Shown piece by piece: positions 19,192 to 28,549 of a stretch of 64,000 nucleotides of DNA. Both the position numbers and the translations under genes were made by a program. The stretch covers positions 224,001 to 288,000 of the forward strand of contig CAVXEP010000012.1 in the NCBI GenBank assembly GCA_963760795.1. The letters run 5' to 3'. Every line of letters begins with the position of its first letter. The first letter of the stretch is position 1. The notes below the pieces were generated by a model. It saw only the letters and a program-made list of their open reading frames with translations, ran no database searches and was not told where the DNA came from. Source of the DNA: an uncultured delta proteobacterium. GTDB taxonomy: Bacteria > Desulfobacterota > Binatia > UBA9968.

Positions 19192-20994
19192 ATGACCTGG
19201 GACCTCACGAGTTACTTTGCTGAATTTAACGGCGCCGAGATGGTTCAATTCAAAACCGCCATCCGTGCCGATGTCGCTGCGCTGCAGCAAACCGCCGCTG
19301 GTTTGCCGGCCCTCACTACTCAATCGGCCAATGGCTGGGAAGATATTCTCCTGCGCAACGAAGACCTGTCGCGCCGCATGTCGCACCTCGGTTCCTACAT
19401 CGGTTGTTTGGCTTCTTCCGACGCGCGCAACGAGGGGTATCAGAAAGAAGAAGCCGAGCTCAGCCGCACCCGCGCCGAGCTCGCTAAAGTCAGAATCGAA
19501 CTGCTGCGCGCCTGCAAGAGCGCCGATGACAAAGTCTTTGCGACCTTCTGCGCGCGTCCCGCATTGGCTGGGGCGCACAACTATCTAACCCGCCTGCGCG
19601 AAGAAGCGCGCCGCGCGATGACCTCGGAAAAAGAAATCCTCGCCACCGATTTGAACGTCGACGGCATCCAGGCTTGGGGCCGGCTCTATGATACGGTTTC
19701 TGCCAAACTAGAATTCGCCATGGTCTATCCCGATGGCAAGCGGGTGCGTTTGCCGATGTCGCAACGCCGCTCATTGATGGACGATCCCGACCGGCGCGTG
19801 CGTCAAGCCGCCTTCGAAGGCGGCAACGCGGCTTGGCAAAGCGTCGAAGACACCGCCGCCGCCGCCCTCAACGCCATCGCCGGCACAAGGTTGACATTGA
19901 ATCGCCACCGCGGCGTCGCTCACTTTCTCGACATCGCGCTTTTTCAGGCCGCCATCGGGCGCAAAACCCTCGACGCCATGTTCGAGGCGCTGATGGCGAA
20001 CCTGGAAATACCGCGGCGCATTCTCCGACTAAAAGCCAAATCGATGGCGCGCCAACAGGTCGCATGGTTCGATCTCGGCGCCCCCCTCGATCTGCCGAAT
20101 CAAGGGAAACTGACTTGGGACAAAGCCCAAGCCACCGTCGCCCAGTCGTTTAGCCGCGCCTACCCGGCGCTGGGAAGATTCTTCAACGAGCAGGTCATCG
20201 GCAAGAACTGGGTCGATTGGGAGCCGCGCCAGGGCAAACGGCCCGGCGGTTTTTGCACCAGCTCCATGCTGAGCAAGGAATCGCGCATCTTCATGACCTA
20301 CAACGAGTCCTTGGGCGATGTCCTGACCCTCGCCCATGAATCGGGCCACGCCTATCACGGCGCCATGATGCGCGACATCCGTCCCTACGCGCGCGGCTAT
20401 CCGATGACGCTGGCGGAAACCGCGTCGACCTTCGGTGAAAATGTTTTGATGAACGGCATCCTCGACGACCCAACGGTCAGCGACAGTGACAAAGCGCGTA
20501 TCCTCGACATCGAAGTCGGCCATGGCGCGGTCTACTTGTTGGACATTCCGGTGCGCTATGAGTTTGAAAAGTCTTTCTACGAAGAACGAGCAAACGGGCC
20601 GCTGACCGTGTCGCGACTGAAAGAGCTGATGGTGCAGACGCAACGACAAGTTTTGGGCGACGTGCTCGAAACCGGCGGCGAGGATCCCTACTTCTGGACA
20701 TCGAAGCTTCATTTCTATATCACCGGCATCACCTTCTACAATTTCCCCTACACCTTCGGCTATCTGCTCAGCCGCGGCCTCTACGCCATGTTTAAAAACG
20801 ACGGCGATGGTTTTCTACCTAAATACGAAGAATTCCTGCGCCGCGCCGGCAGCGACACGGCGGAGAATGTGGTGCGACAGACCGTCGGCAGAGATATCGA
20901 GAAAACTGAATTCTGGAGTGAAGCGATTCACAGCTTGGAAGAGCCACTCGGCCAACTGCAAGCGCTAATGCCGAAACTGACTATTCAAAACTAG
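19192..20994 (+). CDS. M3B family oligoendopeptidase F
   Basis: Zinc motif HESGH, GKRPGGFC, LAETAS, FYNFPYTFG. Confidence 0.9.
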   Translation: MTWDLTSYFAEFNGAEMVQFKTAIRADVAALQQTAAGLPALTTQSANGWEDILLRNEDLSRRMSHLGSYIGCLASSDARNEGYQKEEAELSRTRAELAKVRIELLRACKSADDKVFATFCARPALAGAHNYLTRLREEARRAMTSEKEILATDLNVDGIQAWGRLYDTVSAKLEFAMVYPDGKRVRLPMSQRRSLMDDPDRRVRQAAFEGGNAAWQSVEDTAAAALNAIAGTRLTLNRHRGVAHFLDIALFQAAIGRKTLDAMFEALMANLEIPRRILRLKAKSMARQQVAWFDLGAPLDLPNQGKLTWDKAQATVAQSFSRAYPALGRFFNEQVIGKNWVDWEPRQGKRPGGFCTSSMLSKESRIFMTYNESLGDVLTLAHESGHAYHGAMMRDIRPYARGYPMTLAETASTFGENVLMNGILDDPTVSDSDKARILDIEVGHGAVYLLDIPVRYEFEKSFYEERANGPLTVSRLKELMVQTQRQVLGDVLETGGEDPYFWTSKLHFYITGITFYNFPYTFGYLLSRGLYAMFKNDGDGFLPKYEEFLRRAGSDTAENVVRQTVGRDIEKTEFWSEAIHSLEEPLGQLQALMPKLTIQN

Positions 20995-21055
20995 CGGGCA
21001 AGAGTATTTCACCACCAAGAACCTAGAGCGGCACAGCAACCAAAAAGAAGTATGG

Positions 21056-21196
21056 CCGCAAAGAACGCAAAGGGCGCAAAGGTGACGGGCGATGCCCGTC
21101 ATCCCGAGGGAGCACGAGGGATCGAAGATAGATTTCTCCCAAGGGTCGAAATGACAACGATTCCGAACTTTGCGACCTTGGCGTTCTTGGCGCGAG
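21056..21196 (+). repeat. Composite REP-like element, copy 1
   Basis: Outer CGCAAAG.../...CTTTGCG palindrome encloses TGACGGGC-GATGCCCGTCATCCCGAG...GATTTCTCCC...GTCGAAATGACA. Confidence 0.75.
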
Positions 21197-21245
21197 GAAT
21201 ACCCGACTCGGAAACGTTCGGGGCTAAGAAAATTTGCGCAAGCAA

Positions 21246-22502
21246 CTATTTCTGATTCATCCCTTCCAACAGCGCCGTTCTGAGCAAATCGATGGCGCTG
21301 AGCGTCATGCGCGAGCGGTCGTAAGCGCCGCGGCCGGCGCTGGTGCTTTCACGCCTGAGAAAAGTTTTGCCATCGGTAAGTGAAACATAGGTCTGCCCGC
21401 GCGCAAGATTTTGAATCTTGCTGTCGGGATCGGCGATGGCGTGCAGCGCCAGGCCGAAATCGCAGCCGGACTGTTGGCGCGCCGCCCAAGCCATTTCATC
21501 GGTAAGCGCGGTTGGATCTTTTAAAGTCGCGTCCAGATTGATGCCGCTGCGCGCGTTTTTCAGTAATGAGCGCAGGGCATTTTCGTTATTGCAAATAAAG
21601 CCGGCGCCGAAGTTCTCATTGCCGGCGGTCTGCAGGCGCTCCGCCAACTGACCGCAGGTGAGATCCTCGCACACCGCCACGGTCTGGTTTTTTTCGCGCA
21701 GCAATTGGCCGGTGACAACCTCCATGGTTTCGTCGTCGGCGGCGAAAATGGCCGTGCCCAAAAGTTCCCGCACCTCGGCTTCCACCGGTGCGATCATCTT
21801 CATCGCCTCGGCGCGATTGGCCGCCTTGGCGGCGATGCGCACGTCGACTTGGCCGGGTAACGCCAGCACACCGACGGTTGGATTACTGGAGTTGGCGATC
21901 AAGTGGCCGACTTTATCGTCAACCGCGCTCTCGCCGATGCCGACGATCTTGAGCACGCGGTAGTGAATCACCTCGGCGAGATTGAATTTCTTTCTGAGAT
22001 AGGGTTCGACTTCGTTTTCGAACAGCCATTTCATCTCCACCGGCACGCCGGGCAACGAGAAAACCACGGCGCGCGGATCTTCGACGACAAAGGACGGTGC
22101 CGTGCCGTTGGGATTTTTCACCGGGATCGCTCCCTCCGGCATATAGGATTGGCGCAGATTGTTGGGCGTCATCGGCCGGCCGCGCCGGCGAAAGTGGCCT
22201 TCGACCTGCTCCAGCATGCCGGCGTCTTGAACGAGTTTGCGCCCAGTAACTTCGGCGACGATGTCGCGAGTCAGATCGTCCTGGGTCGGCCCGATGCCGC
22301 CGCTAGTGATAACGATGTCGGCGCGCTCCACCGCCCGCGCGATCACTTCCTTCATCCGCTCAGGATTATCGCCGACCACCGATTTGAAATATAAATTGAC
22401 CCCCAGCGCCGTCAGCCGCTGCGCCATCCAGGCCGAATTGGTATCGACGATCTGACCGAGCAGCAATTCCGAACCGATCGCGACTATTTCCGCGTTTGCC
22501 AT
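21246..22502 (-). CDS. cinA: CinA family protein (MoCF/ADP-ribose pyrophosphatase domain plus degenerate PncC domain)
   Basis: IGSELLLGQIVDTN, GGIGPTQDDLT, NPNGTAP, LPGVPVEM. Confidence 0.85.
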   Translation of the reverse strand: MANAEIVAIGSELLLGQIVDTNSAWMAQRLTALGVNLYFKSVVGDNPERMKEVIARAVERADIVITSGGIGPTQDDLTRDIVAEVTGRKLVQDAGMLEQVEGHFRRRGRPMTPNNLRQSYMPEGAIPVKNPNGTAPSFVVEDPRAVVFSLPGVPVEMKWLFENEVEPYLRKKFNLAEVIHYRVLKIVGIGESAVDDKVGHLIANSSNPTVGVLALPGQVDVRIAAKAANRAEAMKMIAPVEAEVRELLGTAIFAADDETMEVVTGQLLREKNQTVAVCEDLTCGQLAERLQTAGNENFGAGFICNNENALRSLLKNARSGINLDATLKDPTALTDEMAWAARQQSGCDFGLALHAIADPDSKIQNLARGQTYVSLTDGKTFLRRESTSAGRGAYDRSRMTLSAIDLLRTALLEGMNQK

Positions 22503-22621
22503 GGCAAGCATTCTCCTTCAATCGAGTAAAATTTATACCCTAGGCGGCGTGGCCGACACAAGAACGCCCTCGCGCCTGTGCGCCCTCCAGTGATACGATG
22601 GCATGCGAAAGACGGTCGGAT

Positions 22622-22776
22622 TCGGATGTTGCTCTCGCCAAGGCGCAAAGACGCCAAGGCCGGAAGGGATGTCATTTCGACCGAAGGGAGAAATCTCTCA
22701 TAGATCCCTCGCGTTCACTCGGGATGACGGGCATCGGCCCGTCAACTTGCTGGCGCCTTTGCGAGAGATAATCCGA
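22622..22776 (-). repeat. Composite REP-like element, copy 2 (inverted relative to copy 1)
   Basis: 22670-22744 is a near reverse complement of 21083-21156, inside a similar outer palindrome. Confidence 0.75.
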
Positions 22777-22779
22777 CCC

Positions 22780-24831
22780 ATGGTAAATTCACCGCGCGAC
22801 AACACCCGATTGCAGTTCACTCTGGAAGCCGAGTCGCCCGATTCCCGCGCGCGCGCGGCAACTTTTCAGACGCTGCATGGCGCAGTCGAAACACCGATCT
22901 TCATGCCGGTGGGCACCCAGGCGACGGTCAAAGCGCAGAGCGTGGAAAGTTTGCAAGCAACCGGCGCGCGCTTGTTATTGGCGAATACCTATCATCTCCT
23001 GCTTCGGCCCGGCGCCGAAGTCTTCAAGAAATTCGGCGGCATTCACCGCTTCATGAATTGGCCGGGCCCGGTGCTGACGGACTCCGGCGGCTTTCAGATT
23101 TTCTCGCTGCCCCATTCGCGAGCCATGAATGAAGCCGGCGCAAACTTCCAAAGCTACGTCGATGGCAAGAGTTATTTGCTGTCGCCGGAGTCGAGCATTG
23201 AAATGCAGCAAGCCATCGGCAGCGATATCATGATGGTGCTCGATCAATGCATCCCCGCCACCGCAGCGTATCCTCAGGCGCAGACGGCCATGGAGTTGAC
23301 CCACCGGTGGGCGCAACGTTCGCTGCAAGCGCGCGGCGATGCCCCGGCAGCACTCTTCGGTATCGTACAGGGCGGCGGCCATCCGCAGCTGAGAAAAATC
23401 AGCGCCGCATTCCTGTGCGAACTGCCCTTCGACGGCTTGGCCATCGGCGGTCTCGCGGTGGGCGAGACTCACGCTGAGCGTTACGATCTCACCGCACTGG
23501 TCACCGAGCAGCTGCCGGCCCAGCTGCCGCGTTATCTCATGGGCGTGGGCACGCCCAGCGATCTTCTCGAGGCCGTCCATCGCGGCGTCGACATGTTCGA
23601 CTGCATTATCCCGACCCAACTGGCGCAACGCGGCGTCGCCTTTACCTCCCACGGCAAACTACAATTGCGCCGCGCCGTTCATAAACTCGCCGACGAGCCT
23701 GTCGACGCCCGTTGCGATTGCCAATGCTGCCGAGACTACTCGCGCGCCTACCTGCACCACCTGATCAAATCGGCTGAAGTGCTCGGTTGGCATCTCTTGG
23801 GCATGCACAACCTGGCGTTCTACCATCGCCTGATGAAGGAAATGCGCGAGCGAATTTTAGCCGGCAACTTTGCCGCGTACTACCGTCATAAGCGCGCCGA
23901 GTTGATGCGCGCCGATGAAGATAATCCGAATCGCCCGCCGAAGAAAAACAAAGTCGTCCAGCCGGCCCGCTTGGGCGACTATGAGCTGCACCGCTCGGTT
24001 CATGGTTTTTACAGCATTCGCCAAATCAGCTCCGGCGAAATCATGCACTCGGTGAGCGCGCCGAGCGAAGAAGCCAACCAGCTTTACATCGAGCAGTCGG
24101 CTCTCGCCGCGCGCTTAAGCACCGACAACACCGAAGAATTGGTCATCTGGGATGTCGGCCTGGGCGCCGCCAGCAATGCCATGGCGGCGATTCACTGCTT
24201 CGAGCGCTGCCACGGGGGAAATAACCGCGCCGGCCTGCGCCCCCTGCGTCTGCTCAGTTTTGAGCAGGATCTCGATGCGCTCAGCCTCGCCGCCAAACAT
24301 GCCGGCTACTTCCCGCACCTGCACCACAGCGCGCCGTCGAAGATTCTCTCCCAAGGGAGCTGGCAACACGCGTCGGAAATGCTGCATTGGCAACTGCTGC
24401 TAGGAGACTTTCGCGACTCAATCGAAAGCGCAGCGATCCCCGACCTGATTTTTTACGATCCTTTCTCATTCAAAACCGACGCTGAACTATGGACCGGGGA
24501 AATCTTTGCGAGAATATTTGCCCGCTGCCTGGCCAAACCGGCCGAACTCTATACTTACTCCGCAGCCACCGCGGTGCGCGTGGCATTGCTGAGCGCAGGC
24601 TTCTTGGTTGCCCAAGGGGTCGGCACCGGACCGAAGAGCGAGACCACGATCGCATTCAACAAAGCCGAAAGCGCGGCCCAGCATCCGTTGGCGCCGCCAC
24701 TGCTCGACCAAAAATGGCTAGCGCGCTGGCGCCGCAGCAGCGCTAAATTTCCCGCAACCATGGCACCGGCGGAGCAAGCACAATTTGCCGCCATGATCGA
24801 AGGCCATCGGCAATTTTTAGACCCAGCTTAA
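22780..24831 (+). CDS. tgt: tRNA-guanine transglycosylase fused to C-terminal MnmC/MnmD-type SAM methyltransferase (683 aa)
   Basis: TGT domain: FMPVGT, NTYHL, TDSGGFQ, GIVQG, GGLAVGE, DMFDC, CxCxxC...H. MTase domain: GEIMHS, DVGLGAASN, YDPFS...LW, TYSAATAVR. One continuous frame. Confidence 0.9.
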   Translation: MVNSPRDNTRLQFTLEAESPDSRARAATFQTLHGAVETPIFMPVGTQATVKAQSVESLQATGARLLLANTYHLLLRPGAEVFKKFGGIHRFMNWPGPVLTDSGGFQIFSLPHSRAMNEAGANFQSYVDGKSYLLSPESSIEMQQAIGSDIMMVLDQCIPATAAYPQAQTAMELTHRWAQRSLQARGDAPAALFGIVQGGGHPQLRKISAAFLCELPFDGLAIGGLAVGETHAERYDLTALVTEQLPAQLPRYLMGVGTPSDLLEAVHRGVDMFDCIIPTQLAQRGVAFTSHGKLQLRRAVHKLADEPVDARCDCQCCRDYSRAYLHHLIKSAEVLGWHLLGMHNLAFYHRLMKEMRERILAGNFAAYYRHKRAELMRADEDNPNRPPKKNKVVQPARLGDYELHRSVHGFYSIRQISSGEIMHSVSAPSEEANQLYIEQSALAARLSTDNTEELVIWDVGLGAASNAMAAIHCFERCHGGNNRAGLRPLRLLSFEQDLDALSLAAKHAGYFPHLHHSAPSKILSQGSWQHASEMLHWQLLLGDFRDSIESAAIPDLIFYDPFSFKTDAELWTGEIFARIFARCLAKPAELYTYSAATAVRVALLSAGFLVAQGVGTGPKSETTIAFNKAESAAQHPLAPPLLDQKWLARWRRSSAKFPATMAPAEQAQFAAMIEGHRQFLDPA

Positions 24832-25237
24832 TTTAGCTAAGCCCGAATCGTTTTCGCAAAGTGGATGTTTTTGACTAGCTGGATTGGACTGCGGTGGGGA
24901 CTGCCAGACTCGCATCTCCCTGCGTGGCTTGAATAGGAGTACTCAGGCGTATCGTACACTGCGCTTAGTTCTCATTTAATCCTGCACTCGGCTTTATCCA
25001 GGTACACGAAACCGAAAAAAAACCAGTGCTCTCTTAGACCTAATCGTGTACACTGACAATTATTTTCTCCCTTTGTTATTTCAGAGCTGTTTCTTGATCA
25101 ACTTTTTTACAAGAAAGGCTCGCGACGCTTCGCGAAACTGCAATGGCATCAATTTGTCTTGGAACTCCCTGCGGTCTCAATAATAGAGTAAGGTCGACGT
25201 GCAAGATTTCTGGATAACCGCGCAGCAGTTGACCGTT

Positions 25238-25504
25238 ATGAAAGATAGTTTCCTAAAGGATTTCTATGAAGCGGCACACAACGCGAAACGCGCTGTGTTC
25301 CAACAGGCGGTTAATCAGTTAATCGAGGCGGGCGCGGATCAGCGTCGGATTGAATATCTCGTCATGCCAAATAGATCCGAGCGCATCCAATACGGTCGGA
25401 TTTATTTCGAGTTGCACACCAGCTTCAATAACTACTTCATCCGATACGAGATGCGTCCAGGATTCGCGATCAAATCCAGTTTGTTGTCAGACCGTCAGTC
25501 CTAG
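25238..25504 (+). CDS. Hypothetical protein in an AT-rich segment
   Basis: ORF with protein-like composition; start uncertain (25199 or 25238). Confidence 0.4.
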   Translation: MKDSFLKDFYEAAHNAKRAVFQQAVNQLIEAGADQRRIEYLVMPNRSERIQYGRIYFELHTSFNNYFIRYEMRPGFAIKSSLLSDRQS

Positions 25505-25621
25505 CACATTCGCTTCTCCGAATTTTTGCCTAAGAAGTTTAGTTGTACATCTCGCCACTGATCCCAGACCCCTCATCCATAAATCCGTGATGTCATTTTG
25601 ATATTGAGAAATAATTTGCGT

Positions 25622-25700
25622 GACGTCGTGGCAACAATACGGGGACGCCGGTTTTACGCCTGGGCGTTGATGGACAATCACGCGCACATTCTGCTGAGTA
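25622..25700 (+). pseudogene. Fragment of Y1 HUH transposase (RAYT/IS200-like)
   Basis: Encodes TGTPV, a frameshift, then YAWALMDNHAHILL, which contains the NHxH HUH motif. Confidence 0.55.
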
Positions 25701-25831
25701 ATGAGAGTCTGCGCAGAATAGAGGGATGTTGTCGAAGATGAAGATATTGAAAAGAGTTTTGTCCAGCCAGTCAACAACCTCTCTTTTGACATCCCCTTTG
25801 ACAAAAAATAAGCGGAACCCGAGCGTGAAAT

Positions 25832-25862
25832 AAAAAAGGCGCCCCGGGGTGACAGGGCGCCT
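25832..25862 (-). terminator. Intrinsic terminator
   Basis: AGGCGCCC/GGGCGCCT stem followed by a T-run on the minus strand. Confidence 0.65.
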
Positions 25863-26086
25863 GAGTCGGCGGTAGGTTGCAGTATCACGTAAGCTGTACT
25901 CGCACCTACTGCTCTGCCTAGGGAGGCAATGCCAAGAAGCAGAGTATCTCGATCGAGTCGCCAACTTCTGATTTCAGCATAGCGCTGGAAAAGTCGAAGT
26001 GAAGACCTTGTGAGAGAAAAGCCTTAAAGCGGTCCACTTGACGTCCGCACCTGTCACCCATCAGGATCAAGCCATGGGAACGATCC

Positions 26087-26115
26087 TGTAGGGGCGATTC
26101 ATGAATCGCCCGTAC
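26087..26115. repeat. GTAG-family REP palindrome
   Basis: GTAGGGGCGATTCATGAATCGCCCGTAC. Confidence 0.7.
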
Positions 26116-26250
26116 GGAATCATCTACCGCCCTGGCCAGTTTACTTGCCCAAGAAAACTGTCGGTACCACGCCGCCCTCCAACGGTAGCCAATCATCGCC
26201 GGCTGCCCCTTGCACTTGTCCGTTCATGACTTCTTTGCCAGTATGGCCTC

Positions 26251-27000
26251 ATGATCATCTTGCTTTCCAACGATGACGGCATCCAATCCGACGGACTCAC
26301 CGCTCTGGAAACGAGCCTCGCTCACCTCGGCGAACTCTATACCGTGGCGCCGGATCGGGCGCAGAGTTCCACGAGCCACTCGTTGACCTTGCACCGGCCG
26401 CTGCGCGTCCAGGAGCTCGGGCCGCGGCGCATGTCGGTCAATGGCACGCCGGTGGATTGCGTCAAGTTGGCGCTCACCGGCCTTTTGCCGGTAAAGCCAG
26501 ACCTGGTCGTCTCCGGCATTAACAAAGGTCCCAATCTCGGCGACGATATTATTTATTCAGGCACGGTATCCGCGGCCATCGAGGGTACGCTTTTGGGCAT
26601 CCCTGCCGTCGCCGTATCTCTTGTCACCTTCGAAAATTTTGATTTTGGCGCCGCGGCGGAGTTCACCGCGAGGTTGATCGAGTGCATCCAAAAGCCCGGC
26701 ATTCCGGCGGGCACCCTGCTCAACGTCAACGTGCCCAATTTACCGAGAGAACAACTCAAGGGCTGGAAATTCACCCGCATGGGCAAGCGCCATTACAGCG
26801 AAACCATCGTCGAACGGGTCGACCCGCGCGGCGGCAAGTATTATTGGATCGGCGGCGACGACTTGGGTTTCGCCAATGACGACGGCACCGATTGTGTCGC
26901 CGTGCACGAAGGCTACGTCTCGGTGACGCCGCTGCAATGCGATATGACCGACCACCGGCTGCTCAAGGACACGCCGGTGGCACAGTTTCCCTGGCCCTGA
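26251..27000 (+). CDS. surE: 5'/3'-nucleotidase SurE
   Basis: LLSNDDG, GTPVDCV, SGINKGPNLG, YSGTVSAA. Confidence 0.95.
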   Translation: MIILLSNDDGIQSDGLTALETSLAHLGELYTVAPDRAQSSTSHSLTLHRPLRVQELGPRRMSVNGTPVDCVKLALTGLLPVKPDLVVSGINKGPNLGDDIIYSGTVSAAIEGTLLGIPAVAVSLVTFENFDFGAAAEFTARLIECIQKPGIPAGTLLNVNVPNLPREQLKGWKFTRMGKRHYSETIVERVDPRGGKYYWIGGDDLGFANDDGTDCVAVHEGYVSVTPLQCDMTDHRLLKDTPVAQFPWP

Positions 27001-27013
27001 ATTGAGTCGCGCC

Positions 27014-27409
27014 ATGGCCGAACAAGACGAACCGGTGCGCATCGACAAATGGCTCTGGGCCGCGCGCTTTTTCAAGACCCGCGGGTTGGCGGCCGAAGCA
27101 GTGGACGGCGGCAAGGTCGAAATTAACGGCGAGCGCGCCAAACCGAGCCGCATGGTCCGCGCCGGCTATAGAATAACCGTACGCCGCGGTCCCTACGAAT
27201 GGATCGTCATCGTGAAAAGTGTCGCGCGCCTGCGCGGTCCGGCGGCGCAGGCGCAACTGCTTTACGACGAGACCGAGGAGAGTTTGCGTCAACGCCAAAC
27301 CGCCGCAGCGCAATTCAAACTCGAACGGCCGGCGGAATTCGCCGCGCCGGGGCGGCCGACCAAGCGAGACCGGCGGGCGATTTCACGCTTCACCAAACGC
27401 AGCTGGTAG
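27014..27409 (+). CDS. hslR: Ribosome-associated heat shock protein Hsp15 (S4 domain)
   Basis: VRIDKWLWAARFFKTR...GRPTKRDRR. Confidence 0.9.
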   Translation: MAEQDEPVRIDKWLWAARFFKTRGLAAEAVDGGKVEINGERAKPSRMVRAGYRITVRRGPYEWIVIVKSVARLRGPAAQAQLLYDETEESLRQRQTAAAQFKLERPAEFAAPGRPTKRDRRAISRFTKRSW

Positions 27410-27490
27410 CTTGGTCGCCGCGACAAATCTAACTTGAATTCGCCGATCTGCATGGTAGACAACTACAACGTTAATTTCCCAGGGGACATC

Positions 27491-28549
27491 ATGAAACAAA
27501 TGATCTGGTTAACGGCGGTCGCCATGCTGTTTGTCTCACTTGGCAGCGGGGAACTATTCAGCCAAACGGCGCCCTACTTCCAAGGCAAGACCATCCTGCT
27601 GATACAAGGCCGCGAACCCGGCGGCACCGGCGCCCTGCGCGCGCAGGCGGCGATCCCCTTTCTTAAGAAATACCTTCCCGGCGAGCCGATCATCGTCACC
27701 CAATTCATGCCGGGCGGCGGCGGCCGTAAGGCGTCGAACTTTGTCGCGCGCAACGCCAAGCCCGACGGGCTGACCTTGGGCAATGTCGGTTCCGGGCTGG
27801 TCGCCAACGCCGTGCTCGGCTCAACCGGTGTCGAATATGATATCGACAAATTGATTTATCTCGGCGCCGCCAACAGCACGGCGCAATATGTTTTCGGCTC
27901 GGTGGCGCGTCTGGGACTCGATAGCTTGGATAAACTCCGCGCCCATGCCGGTCTCCGCGTCGGCGCGCAAACCGTCGGCCACGACATCTATATAAACGGC
28001 CGGCTCTTCTCCTGGATACTAGGTCTCAAAGATCCGAAATTTATCACCGGCTATTCGGGACCCGAGCTCGACCTCGCCATGGACCGCGGCGAACTCGATG
28101 CCCGCGCCAACATCCCTGACACGATTCTGCAACGCAACGCCGAGCAGATCGAGAAACGTTACCTCAATTTTCATGCGATCATTCAGATCCCCAAGGACGA
28201 TCGCCATCCCCACGGCCTGTTCAGCAAACTGCCTGAGTTGGAGAGCTTCGCCAAGAGCGAGCGCGAGCGGAAGATCATGACCATGTTCCGCACCTTCCGC
28301 CTGGTCGGCTCGCCCTATATTCTACCGCCAGGGACGCCGACTGAGGCGGTGGCGCACTGGCGCGAGGCGATGCGCAAGACTTTTCGCGATCCGGCGTTCT
28401 TGAAGGAATTCAAACGGCTCTCAGCCGACGACGCCACGCCGCTGTTGCCGGAAGCTCAGGAGAAAGCGATCAAGGACATTCCGCGCGACGCCGATGTCAT
28501 CGCGCTATTCAACAAGATCGCCGGCAACGATCCGCTGCCGCCGCGCTAG
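27491..28549 (+). CDS. Tripartite tricarboxylate transporter substrate-binding protein (Bug/TctC family)
   Basis: Signal peptide; FQGKTI, MPGGGG, KPDGLTL, GYSG, AMDRGELD, PPGTP. Confidence 0.8.
   Translation: MKQMIWLTAVAMLFVSLGSGELFSQTAPYFQGKTILLIQGREPGGTGALRAQAAIPFLKKYLPGEPIIVTQFMPGGGGRKASNFVARNAKPDGLTLGNVGSGLVANAVLGSTGVEYDIDKLIYLGAANSTAQYVFGSVARLGLDSLDKLRAHAGLRVGAQTVGHDIYINGRLFSWILGLKDPKFITGYSGPELDLAMDRGELDARANIPDTILQRNAEQIEKRYLNFHAIIQIPKDDRHPHGLFSKLPELESFAKSERERKIMTMFRTFRLVGSPYILPPGTPTEAVAHWREAMRKTFRDPAFLKEFKRLSADDATPLLPEAQEKAIKDIPRDADVIALFNKIAGNDPLPPR

Noticed and set aside
22603-22779. 59-aa N-terminal extension of Tgt in the ORF track
   Set aside because: It is a translation of the REP element; TGT homology starts after ATG 22780.
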